From positions 2,510 through 66,509 of the forward strand of contig CAIJPE010000074.1 of the NCBI GenBank assembly GCA_903822435.1: a stretch of 64,000 bases of DNA, read 5' to 3'. The translations under genes and the position numbers were made by a program. Positions 37,861-46,274 of this stretch are shown here, in pieces. Position 1 is the stretch's first letter. Every line of letters begins with the position of its first letter. Source of the DNA: an uncultured beta proteobacterium. GTDB taxonomy: Bacteria; Pseudomonadota; Gammaproteobacteria; Burkholderiales; Burkholderiaceae_C. A model generated the notes under the pieces. It did not search any database and was not told the origin of the DNA. It saw only the letters and a list, made by a program, of their open reading frames with translations.

Positions 37861-38828
37861 GGGCCGCTGTCCAGCCCGATCTCCAGCCCGTCGTAGGCCG
37901 CGCTGATGCGCAGCGCCTGGTCGCCGCGGGTGATTTCTTCCAGGCGTCGTGTTTCCTCGAGCACGGCTTCAATGGCGGCGTCGTCGAAAACCGGCTCGTG
38001 GTGGAACAGGCACAGGTGCTTGACGGCGGCCATCTGGCACAGCTCGACACCCACCACGTTGCTCGAGTGGCCCCAGTCGGCCTTGATCGAGATGGCATCG
38101 GCCAGTGAGTACATGCCATCGAAGACCACGAGGTCGGCGCCCTGGAAGAAGCGCACGAATCGCTCGGTGTGCTCGGGCTGCTCCAGCGGGTGTTCGGAAT
38201 CGGTGGAATAGACCACCGATCGCCCCGCGCCCTCGAATCGGTAGCCGTACGAATCGCCCCCATGGCGCTGCAGCATCGAGCGCACGCCGAGGCCTGCCAC
38301 CGTGTAGCGCTCTTCGGGCTGCAGGGTGACGAATTCGATCTGCGCATTGAAGATCGAGAAGTCCACCGGAAACGAGGGCTGGTCCTGCTGGCGGCGCAGC
38401 GCCGCCTCCAGGCCCGGGTGGCTGCCGTAGAACACCACGCGATTGCCTGGAATCAGGGCCGGCACGAAGAACGGCAGGCCCATGATGTGGTCCCAGTGCA
38501 GATGGGACACGAAGATATGGAAGGTCTGCGGGGGGCCGCCCCGCCGCTGCGCCAGCGCCGCCAGGCCGAAGGGCCGCAGGCCGCTGCCCATGTCGCAGAC
38601 CACGAATTCGGGGCCACCGGTATCGATCTGCACACAAGAGCTGTGGCCGCCATAAGTGCCCGAGATCTCGAAAGGCAGGCTCTGGAGGTGGGCGTCGATG
38701 TCGGCCTCGGTGGCCAGGGCGCGGCCCGCGGTGGCCTGCAGCGCGGCGCGGATCTTGGCGCGCACGCCAGTGGCCGTCAGCGCGACCGGCAGCGAGCCGC
38801 GCGTGCCCCAGAAGCGCACCGCCTTCAT
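37857..38828 (-). CDS. MBL-fold metallo-hydrolase embedded in the partner-switching operon
   Basis: 323 aa: MKAVRFWGTRGSLPV...HIFVSHLHWDHIMGLPFF (HxHxDH)...HSSN. Both junctions with neighbouring genes are 4-nt ATGA overlaps. Confidence 0.85.
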   Translation of the reverse strand: MKAVRFWGTRGSLPVALTATGVRAKIRAALQATAGRALATEADIDAHLQSLPFEISGTYGGHSSCVQIDTGGPEFVVCDMGSGLRPFGLAALAQRRGGPPQTFHIFVSHLHWDHIMGLPFFVPALIPGNRVVFYGSHPGLEAALRRQQDQPSFPVDFSIFNAQIEFVTLQPEERYTVAGLGVRSMLQRHGGDSYGYRFEGAGRSVVYSTDSEHPLEQPEHTERFVRFFQGADLVVFDGMYSLADAISIKADWGHSSNVVGVELCQMAAVKHLCLFHHEPVFDDAAIEAVLEETRRLEEITRGDQALRISAAYDGLEIGLDSGP

Positions 38829-39268
38829 GGACCGGGCCGTCGGGACTGGTACGAGGCCTGTGCCGCGGCCGAACAGCGCCCCAGCGCGTCGTCCACGGTA
38901 GGGCTGACGGCCAGCACGCGGTCGAAGCGGCTGATCTTGATGATCTCGCCCACCACATCCTGCAGCGCAGCCAACGCCAGCGTGGCCTGCGCTTCGCGCA
39001 TCTGCTTGGCGGCGATCATCAGCACGCGCAGGCCGACGCTGCTGATGTAGTCGACCCCCGAGAAGTCCAGCACCAGCGCGCCCTGGCGGGCGCCGGTCTG
39101 CTGCAGCAGCGGGGTGAGCGCGGCTTCGAAGGCGGCGGCACTGAGGTGATCGATGCGGCCTGCGGCGGCTGCCACGGTGGCGTCGGCAAACTGGCGCGTG
39201 GCGAGCAGCAAAGGACCTCCGTGGCGTTGACGCAGTACCCCGTCGGCGGATCGGCGCCGGGCGTGCAA
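38825..39268 (-). CDS. STAS-domain anti-sigma-factor antagonist (RsbV/SpoIIAA-like)
   Basis: LVLDFSGVDYISSVGLRVLMIAAKQM retains the phosphorylatable Ser context. The longest ORF starts at the TTG at 39268. An alternative TTG at 39211 is preceded by GGAGG. Confidence 0.8.
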   Translation of the reverse strand: MHARRRSADGVLRQRHGGPLLLATRQFADATVAAAAGRIDHLSAAAFEAALTPLLQQTGARQGALVLDFSGVDYISSVGLRVLMIAAKQMREAQATLALAALQDVVGEIIKISRFDRVLAVSPTVDDALGRCSAAAQASYQSRRPGP

Positions 39269-39312
39269 TTCAGTATAGGGCGATCGGGCGCCGCAGCAAT
39301 CCCGAGGAACGG

Positions 39313-39483
39313 TCAGTCTTCGCCGCCCGCGATGGCGCGGTACAACCCCGCGCCAGCCAGCGCGCCGGGAATGGGCGCCACCCAGAAGCGCCGCGACGGC
39401 ACCACCGCCCAGCCGCCCAGGAACACCACCACGCCCGGGAAGACCGCGGCCAGCACGGCGCTGCCGAAACCCTGGCCGACCAT
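39313..39483 (-). CDS. Possible 56-aa two-TM micro-protein downstream of the SPFH operon
   Basis: MVGQGFGSAVLAAVFPGVVVFLGGWAVVPSRRFWVAPIPGALAGAGLYRAIAGGED forms two hydrophobic helices. It starts 44 nt after the upstream gene's stop. The RBS is weak and distant. Confidence 0.3.
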   Translation of the reverse strand: MVGQGFGSAVLAAVFPGVVVFLGGWAVVPSRRFWVAPIPGALAGAGLYRAIAGGED

Positions 39484-39527
39484 CCCGAAGTCGGGGGTTC
39501 CCTCCCGCTCGGCGCAGGCTGCCTCCT

Positions 39528-41087
39528 TCAACGCAAGGCCAGCGAGTCGCGCCGCCAAGCCGGGTCCTGCCAGCGGTTGAAGGCCCCGAGCACGCCCGGC
39601 TCGAAGGCCGTGCGCTCGGCGGTCAGGGTGTCGAGCTGCATCACCTCGAAGCGGCGGAGGGCGCGCGCAGGCTGGGCGGACCCGGCGGAGCCCCACGCTT
39701 CACGGGCCACCAGCACCTGCTGGCCGCCAGGCACCCAACCGGCGAACTCGGCGTAGCCCAGCCCCGGGGCCGTGGCTTGCGGCGGCAGCACCTGCACGCC
39801 CCAGCCGTCCGGGCCCCGGCGGAAGATCCACAGCTCGCGCCAGCCGTCGGCCGGCTGCACGGCCAGTGCCAGGGCCGTGCCTTCGCGGTTGGCACTGGCG
39901 CTGGCGGGCCAGGGCAGGCCCCAGGTGCATCGCTCGATCGCCGGGGCCGAGGCGGCCGAGCGGCGGTCGGACACCGCCACGCAGGTCTGTCCGTCCTCGG
40001 TGGTGCGCGTGCTCAGGGCCAGCCCGCCCGTGGCAACCACCGGACCCGCCGCAGTGGCCCAGCGAACGGCGCCCACCCGCAAGGCCGCTTCGTCATACCG
40101 CGCGGTATCCCCATCGGCAAGCTCCCCGCGGGCCACACTGGCCAGGGCCTGCAAGGCGCGCGCGGCACGGGCCGCGGCGCCGGCGGAGTCACCGCGGCGC
40201 GCCTGGGCATAGGCCAGGCTGGCCAGCACGCCGGCGCGGCGCATGGCCAGGCGGTTTTTCCAGAGTGGGGGAAGGTCGGCATCGGGCACACGGTCCAGCA
40301 GGTCGGCACGGGCCGCGTCGGCCTGCTCCCGGGCGGACGGCGTGGCCGCAGGGTCCTGGCAATCGGGCCGGGTCAGGGCCAGGACGGCATGCGCACGCTG
40401 TTCGGCACTGGCGGCCTGGAGCGCCAGCAGGCGGCGCCAGGCATCGCCCTGGTAGCACAACAGGGTCCTGCCGCCCAGGTCCAGGCTGGTGAAGGCCACG
40501 CCGTGCCGGGCGGCCACGTCCAGGTGCGCGCTGAGCGCGGCCTGGTCGGCCGTGCGCAGCGGCGCCGGGCCCGAGGCGCGGTCGGCCAGGCGCTCGGCCT
40601 GCTGGCCGATGGCGTCGAGCAGTTCGGCGCCGTCCGGCCCGGCCAGGCGTTGTGCTGGCGCGGCCTGGATCGCCGCGGCGGCCAGGCCCAGGCCCAGGGA
40701 CTCGGCACCGGGCTGCTCGCGCACATAGCCCAGCACGGCCATCAGTTCACCGGCCACCGCCGCGTCGGTACCGGCGGCGCGGACGGGGAGCACCTGGCTG
40801 CGGCGCACCCAGCCCCCGCGCTCGCGCTGGTGGTCCCACACCTGCAGGTATTCGCCACGCAGGCTGCGGATCTCCAGCGCGTCGCCGCGGTACAGCAAGC
40901 TCAGCTGGGGTGCGGCTTCGCTGGCGCTGCCGCGCAGGGCCGTCTGGTCCTGGGTGACCAGGCCGGCAGGCGCTGGAGCCGTGGCGGCCCGCGCGCTCAC
41001 CATGAAGCACGCGGCGGCCAGTGCCAGGGCCATGGTGGCCGCCACGGTCCAGCGGCGGGTGGTCAGGCGGAGGCAGCCCATGCTCAT
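39528..41087 (-). CDS. Secreted hypothetical protein with an N-terminal bacterial SH3-like domain
   Basis: Signal peptide is WTVAATMALALAAACFMVSARA. The SH3b-like segment is LRGSASEAAPQLSLLYRGDALEIRSLRGEYLQVWDHQRERGGWVRRSQV. The start overlaps the SPFH gene stop (ATGA). Confidence 0.65.
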   Translation of the reverse strand: MSMGCLRLTTRRWTVAATMALALAAACFMVSARAATAPAPAGLVTQDQTALRGSASEAAPQLSLLYRGDALEIRSLRGEYLQVWDHQRERGGWVRRSQVLPVRAAGTDAAVAGELMAVLGYVREQPGAESLGLGLAAAAIQAAPAQRLAGPDGAELLDAIGQQAERLADRASGPAPLRTADQAALSAHLDVAARHGVAFTSLDLGGRTLLCYQGDAWRRLLALQAASAEQRAHAVLALTRPDCQDPAATPSAREQADAARADLLDRVPDADLPPLWKNRLAMRRAGVLASLAYAQARRGDSAGAAARAARALQALASVARGELADGDTARYDEAALRVGAVRWATAAGPVVATGGLALSTRTTEDGQTCVAVSDRRSAASAPAIERCTWGLPWPASASANREGTALALAVQPADGWRELWIFRRGPDGWGVQVLPPQATAPGLGYAEFAGWVPGGQQVLVAREAWGSAGSAQPARALRRFEVMQLDTLTAERTAFEPGVLGAFNRWQDPAWRRDSLALR

Positions 41088-42394
41088 TGCTCCTTGCGGC
41101 CTTCGCCGGACTCGCCGGTGCCGCCGTCACGGGCGGGCTCGGCCACAGCCTCCTTCATGCCGCCCACCAGGGCGCTGGCGATGAATCCACCCGATTCCGG
41201 CGGCGGCGCGATGATGACCTGGATCTTGTCGCTCAACCGGTCGGCCAGGGTCTTCTGGATCAGCAGCGGGTGGCGCGTGATGAGCGCCCCCTCCACCGCC
41301 ATCTGCTCCGCATTGACCTTGCCCAGGCGTGCCAGCCGGTAGGCCTCGGCATCGGCGAGCTTCTCGCGCGCCTCGGCCTCGCCCTGGGCTTCGATGCGGC
41401 GGGCCTGCGCCGCGCCTTCGGCCTGCTTCACGCGGGCCTGGCGTTCGGCCTCGGCCTCGAGTTGGCGCTGCTCCACCTGCTTCTGCTTGAAGGGCAATAC
41501 GTGCTTCATGGCTTCTTCCTGCGCCTTGGCGGCGATGATCTGCTCGCGGCCCGCGGCCTCGGCGGCGGTCTCGCGGCGCACCTTGTCGGCGGCTGCGTCC
41601 AGCTCGGTTTCCTTCACCCGCTTGTCCTTGAGCTCCAGCGTGTAGCGCATCTTTTCGGTGGCCAGCCCTTCGGCCAGCAGACTGTCCAGGCCGCGCCGGT
41701 AGTCCGCCGGCAGGTCCACGTTGCCGATCTGCACCGTGCGCAGGAGCAGGCCCTCGGCCGCGAGCTTGGCGCGCAGCTCGGTTTCGATCTGGCGGGCGAT
41801 CTCGGCGCGCTGGGTGGAGAAGATCTCACGCACCGTGTGGGTGGCCAGGATGCGGTAGACCACGCCCTGCACTGCCGGCTCGATGATGTCGGCAGCCGGG
41901 TCATCGGGCAGCCCCAGGCTTGCGCCCTGAGCGAGCCTGTCGCTGTCGATGGCCCAGCGCACGCTCAGCTCCAGGCCGATGGACAGGCCCTCGACGCTCT
42001 GCGCCGGGGCCGGCCCACTGGCCTTGGCCATCGATTCGGCATGCCAGGTCTGGTCGCGCAAGGGGTAGCTGCGGATCTCGTGCACGCCGGGCAGCACCAG
42101 CAGGCTGCCGTCGTGAAAGCGGCTGACCTGCCCGCTGAAGAGGTTGGTGCGCAACACCACCTCGCCGCGCGGCACGCTGTGCACGGGTGGGTGCCGGGCC
42201 AGCGCCCACAGGCCGGCGCCCGCCGCAACCACCAGGCCAGCGGCAAGGAGCGGCTTCTTCAGCTGCGCGATGCCAGGGGTGGTCCGCAAGCCAGCGTCGG
42301 CGGCCGGCAACGGGCCTGCGCCGCGCCGCCGCGTCCACAGCGTGCGCAGGCCTTGGCGGATGGAATGGACCAGGGGTGTGAGGATCGGCTTCAT
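41084..42394 (-). CDS. SPFH/Band-7 (prohibitin/flotillin-like) domain membrane protein with a long coiled-coil tail
   Basis: From the internal Met MKPILTP there is a TM helix (LLAAGLVVAAGAGLWAL). The SPFH core is EVVLRTNLFSGQVSRFHDGSLLVLPGVHEI...GLSIGLELSVRW...IFSTQRAEIARQIE. An E/A/R/K-rich coiled coil follows. Confidence 0.85.
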   Translation of the reverse strand: MKPILTPLVHSIRQGLRTLWTRRRGAGPLPAADAGLRTTPGIAQLKKPLLAAGLVVAAGAGLWALARHPPVHSVPRGEVVLRTNLFSGQVSRFHDGSLLVLPGVHEIRSYPLRDQTWHAESMAKASGPAPAQSVEGLSIGLELSVRWAIDSDRLAQGASLGLPDDPAADIIEPAVQGVVYRILATHTVREIFSTQRAEIARQIETELRAKLAAEGLLLRTVQIGNVDLPADYRRGLDSLLAEGLATEKMRYTLELKDKRVKETELDAAADKVRRETAAEAAGREQIIAAKAQEEAMKHVLPFKQKQVEQRQLEAEAERQARVKQAEGAAQARRIEAQGEAEAREKLADAEAYRLARLGKVNAEQMAVEGALITRHPLLIQKTLADRLSDKIQVIIAPPPESGGFIASALVGGMKEAVAEPARDGGTGESGEGRKEQ

Positions 42395-42564
42395 GGGGCA
42401 CCTTCGTTGCGGGGTTGCGGCCGAGCCGCCATCGGGCCCTGCCATGGATGCCGATGATTCGCAGCCGTCCCGGAAGGCACAACGCAGCCGGCGGGGCAAT
42501 GCACCCCCGGCCGCGGAAGAAACGCTCACACCGCGCGGGCCGGGCGGCTTCGATAATCCGCCGC

Positions 42565-43269
42565 ATGGCCCCCAGCACGCACAAAGTCGCCGTCATCGAA
42601 GACGACCGCCCGACCAGCAACCAGCTGGCAGGATGGATCCGCGCGGCACGGCCCGAATTGCAGATTGACCAGTGGTTCGACCGCGACAGCGCCGAGGCCG
42701 CCATCCAGCGCGAGCGCTACGCCCTGGTGGTGCTGGACATCGAGCTCGGCCGCGAACGCCACGCCGGCGTGGCCATCATCAATGCCATCAACAAGCTGCA
42801 GCAGGGCACGCCGGTGCTGGTGGTCTCGGCCATGCCCGCGGCGATCTACCGCGGCATCATGAAGGCGCTGGACGCCTGGGACTACCTGCAGAAAACGGGC
42901 TTCGAGGAAGCCGAGTTCGTCGAGACCTTCCTGGACATCCTGCGCACGGCCAAGTCGGCCCAGCCCGCCGCACCCGCGCCGGCCAGCGACGCCCTGCGCC
43001 TGGACCCGCTATGGCAGCGCAGCCCCACCTGGCGCGGCGAACGCATCAACCTGCCCCTGACGGCCCAGCGCATCCTGGCCACGCTCGTGCAGCACAAGGG
43101 GCAGGTGGTGGGCTACGACGACCTTTTCGAGGTGGTCAAGAGCGGCCGCAACCGCGACAACGTGCGCAAGCACGTCAGCACCATCCGCGAGGCTTTCCGC
43201 GAAGTCGACCCCACCTTCGACGGCATCGAGAACGTGCCCATGCGCGGCTTCCGCTGGGTCGGGCCTTGA
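42565..43269 (+). CDS. OmpR/PhoB-type response regulator
   Basis: The receiver is KVAVIEDDRPT...ALVVLDIEL...PVLVVSAM. The winged-helix output is LTAQRILATLVQHKGQVVGYDDLFEVV...VRKHVSTIREAF...VPMRGFRW. Confidence 0.88.
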   Translation: MAPSTHKVAVIEDDRPTSNQLAGWIRAARPELQIDQWFDRDSAEAAIQRERYALVVLDIELGRERHAGVAIINAINKLQQGTPVLVVSAMPAAIYRGIMKALDAWDYLQKTGFEEAEFVETFLDILRTAKSAQPAAPAPASDALRLDPLWQRSPTWRGERINLPLTAQRILATLVQHKGQVVGYDDLFEVVKSGRNRDNVRKHVSTIREAFREVDPTFDGIENVPMRGFRWVGP

Positions 43270-45428
43270 AGTTCGGCGGCCTGGACCTGCCCGACCTGCC
43301 GGCGCTGGTCTTGCCACGGCTGCCGCTGGCGGCCTTCCGGCGGCGCATCGTCTTCCACGGTGTCTTCGCGCTGCTGGCCCTGGCCACCCTGGTGCTGGCA
43401 GTGACGCTGCTGGCCGAGGAAAAGCAGCGCAGCCGCCAGCGCTACGAGGCAGGCTTCCGCGAGACCCTGGCCGCCCTGGCCGCCCAGCTGCGCCACCCCA
43501 CCGGGCAGCTGGCCCTGCTGAACGCAGGGCCTGCGCGCAGCAGCGAGCCCCAGGCGACCGCGCCCACCGCACAGGGTGTGCGGCCCTGGGTGCTGCCTTT
43601 CTCGGCGCTGGATTTCGACGACCCCTTCAAGGCCCGGCAGGCCGTCGAGATGAGCGGCTGTGCGCTGCTATGGCCCAGCGGCGACCAGCTGTGCACGGCC
43701 GTGGGCGCCAGCGCTTACGCAGGCGGCTTCGTGTACCTGGTAGCCAGCCTGAACCTGCCGCCGGCCCGGCCCCGCGAGCGCGGCACGCTGGATTTGGCCC
43801 GCGTGCACCGGGCGCGGGTCAGCCTGCAACTGCGCGGCCACGAAGAGACCTGGACCGCACCCTTCGAGGCCGCGGGCGACGGGCCCGTTCGCAGCCCGGC
43901 GGGGGCGCTGCGCGGCCGACTCACGGGCTTTGCCGGCGCCGCAGACACGCTGGACCTGCGGGCCCGGCCCGACCGCGACTTCCGCGGCTGGCTGTGGCAG
44001 GACGCCGGGTGTGCCCAAGGCAGCGCCAGCGAGCCCGAGTGCCCGCGCCGCAGCCTGCTGTCGTTGCGCCTGCCCGTGGCAGCCTGGCGCGAGGCGCTGT
44101 TCCAGCACCCCGGCCCGGCCTGGCCGCCACCGGACCTGGGCCAGACAGTGTTGCGGCTGCAATGGCTGGCGCCCGACGGTGCCGTGGCCTTCGACAGCGC
44201 CACGCCCGGGGCGGCCGCGCCCTTCACGCTGGCCGACCTGGCGCGGCGGCTGGCGCCTGGCGAGACCCTGCGCATCCAGCGGCAGGGCAGCCCCGGCGCA
44301 CCCGTGCTGGCCGAACTGCACGGCCGCGAGGCCGACCCCGAGGCCGCGTCGCCCTGGCTGACCCGGCTCATCCTCAGCCTGCCTTACGACGGCATGCACA
44401 GCCGGGTGGCCGAGACCATCCAGGCGGAAGACACGGTTCCCGTCTTCGGGCAGCGCTATCGCCTGCAATTGAGCGGCGACCTGCGCAGCGTGGACCGCGG
44501 CCTGGGCGCCACGGCCACGCGGCTGAGCGGCTACGTGGGCGCGATGCTGGCCGCCATCGCCCTGGCGTGGCTGCTGATCGAGCGCGGCCTGATCCACCGC
44601 GTGGCGGTGCTCACCAAGCGGGCGGCCGCACTGTCCTACAACATGCAGGATCCCCAGGTGGACCGGCGCCTGGGCGACCTGGACGTGGCCGATCTGCGCG
44701 GGCGCGACGAACTCGGCATCCTGGCCGGCACCCTGGCCAGCCTGCTGCAGCGCGTGAAGGACGGCGTGCGGCGCGAACACATCCGCGTGGAGCAGGAGCG
44801 GGACATGTGGCACGCCGTGGGGCACGAGATCATGTCGCCGCTGCAATCGTTGATGGTCCTTCACGGCAGCCCCGCCGATCCCAGCCACCGCTACGTGCAG
44901 CGCATGCAACAGGCCGTGCGGGTGCTGTATGGCAGCGCCTCGCCCAGTGAGGCCATCGAGTCGGCCGCGTTGCGGCTGGACGCGCTGGACCTGGGCGAGT
45001 TCATGCGCCACGTGGCCACCAACGCGCCCTTCGCCGGCATTGCCGATGTGCAGGTCTTCGATGCCGGCACGGCCTTGCCGGTGCTGGCCGACGAGCATTC
45101 GCTGGAAGACGTGGTGACCCACGTGCTGCGCAATGCCGACCGACATCGAACGCCGGGCACGCCCATCGATCTCCACCTGCGGGCCGAGGACGCCCTGGCC
45201 GTCTGCGAGATCCGCAACCAGGGCCCGGCCATCGAGCCGGCGCTGCTGGAGCGCATCTTCGAATACGGCGTGTCCGATGCCGCGCCCGACGCGGCGGATG
45301 CCGGGCAGCGGCGCGGCCAGGGCCTGTTCGTGGCGCGCACCTACATGGCCAAGATGGGGGGCACGATCACGGCCCGCAACCACGCCGGCAGCGTGAGCTT
45401 CGTCCTTCAGTGGCCCCGGGTGGCATGA
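43266..45428 (+). CDS. Sensor histidine kinase with a large uncharacterised periplasmic domain
   Basis: There is no ATG, so the start is the TTG at 43266 (overlapping the RR stop) or the TTG at 43311. It has a TM helix, a roughly 400-aa extracytoplasmic region, a second TM helix and a HAMP-like linker. The H-box is WHAVGHEIMSPLQSL, the N-box is VLRNADRH, and the G-box is GQGLFVARTYMAKMGG. Confidence 0.85.
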   Translation: MKFGGLDLPDLPALVLPRLPLAAFRRRIVFHGVFALLALATLVLAVTLLAEEKQRSRQRYEAGFRETLAALAAQLRHPTGQLALLNAGPARSSEPQATAPTAQGVRPWVLPFSALDFDDPFKARQAVEMSGCALLWPSGDQLCTAVGASAYAGGFVYLVASLNLPPARPRERGTLDLARVHRARVSLQLRGHEETWTAPFEAAGDGPVRSPAGALRGRLTGFAGAADTLDLRARPDRDFRGWLWQDAGCAQGSASEPECPRRSLLSLRLPVAAWREALFQHPGPAWPPPDLGQTVLRLQWLAPDGAVAFDSATPGAAAPFTLADLARRLAPGETLRIQRQGSPGAPVLAELHGREADPEAASPWLTRLILSLPYDGMHSRVAETIQAEDTVPVFGQRYRLQLSGDLRSVDRGLGATATRLSGYVGAMLAAIALAWLLIERGLIHRVAVLTKRAAALSYNMQDPQVDRRLGDLDVADLRGRDELGILAGTLASLLQRVKDGVRREHIRVEQERDMWHAVGHEIMSPLQSLMVLHGSPADPSHRYVQRMQQAVRVLYGSASPSEAIESAALRLDALDLGEFMRHVATNAPFAGIADVQVFDAGTALPVLADEHSLEDVVTHVLRNADRHRTPGTPIDLHLRAEDALAVCEIRNQGPAIEPALLERIFEYGVSDAAPDAADAGQRRGQGLFVARTYMAKMGGTITARNHAGSVSFVLQWPRVA

Positions 45429-45480
45429 TCGCGGCCGACAGCGCAAGGGCCCGGCGGGCCGCAGCCGACCTGGAGACACC

Positions 45481-46221
45481 GTGATCGAACACCACCTGGA
45501 CATCCACACCGCGCATGGCGCGATGAACACCTTCGTCGTGCACCCCGAGGAAGGCCCACCGGCGCCGGTGGTGCTGTTCTACATGGACGCGCCGGGCAAG
45601 CGCGAAGAGCTGCACGACATGGCCCGGCGCCTGGCCGCCGTGGGCTACTGCGTGGTGCTGCCCAACCTGTACTACCGGACCACCCGCGACTTCTGGCTGA
45701 AGGAGCGCACGCCCGAGAACATGGCCCACATGTTCAGCCTGATGGCCACGCTGGACGCGGCCACCACGCACTGCGACACGCAAGCCATGCTGCAGTGGGT
45801 GGATGGCCATGCCCATGCCGACGCCAGCCGCATCGGTGCGGTGGGCTACTGCATGAGCGGGCCCTTCGTGATGTGGGCGGCCGCGGCCTTCCCGGACCGG
45901 CTGAACTGCATCGCGTCGATCCATGGTGCCAACATGGCCACCGACAAGCCGGACTCGCCCCACCGCATGGCTGCGAAGATCCGCTGCGAGAGCTACTTTG
46001 CGTGCGCCGAGATCGACAAGTGGGCACCGCCGGCCGACATCCAGGTGCTGCAGCAATCGCTCGAGGCCGCGGGCACGCCGCACCGCATCGAGTGGTACCG
46101 CGGCGCAGAGCACGGCTTCGTGTTTCCGCAGCGCGCAGGCATCTACGACCGGGCCCCGGCCGAGCGGCATTGGGAACGGCTGTTCAGCCTCTTCGCCCGG
46201 ACCTTGAGGGGTGGCGCCTGA
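45481..46221 (+). CDS. Dienelactone hydrolase family protein
   Basis: GTG start. The nucleophile elbow is IGAVGYCMSGPF. The C-terminal region reads RGAEHGFVFP. Confidence 0.85.
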   Translation: MIEHHLDIHTAHGAMNTFVVHPEEGPPAPVVLFYMDAPGKREELHDMARRLAAVGYCVVLPNLYYRTTRDFWLKERTPENMAHMFSLMATLDAATTHCDTQAMLQWVDGHAHADASRIGAVGYCMSGPFVMWAAAAFPDRLNCIASIHGANMATDKPDSPHRMAAKIRCESYFACAEIDKWAPPADIQVLQQSLEAAGTPHRIEWYRGAEHGFVFPQRAGIYDRAPAERHWERLFSLFARTLRGGA

Positions 46222-46274
46222 ACGGGGCCAGCCGCAGCGTCCCCTCCAGACCGCCGCAAGCACGCCCCCTGGCC

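Noticed and set aside
39313-39696. 127-aa minus-strand ORF
   Set aside because: The N-terminal 71 residues overlap the 3' end of the 519-aa gene in another frame and are Arg/Pro/Gly-rich. Only the terminal 56-aa hydrophobic part is plausible, and I kept it at low confidence.
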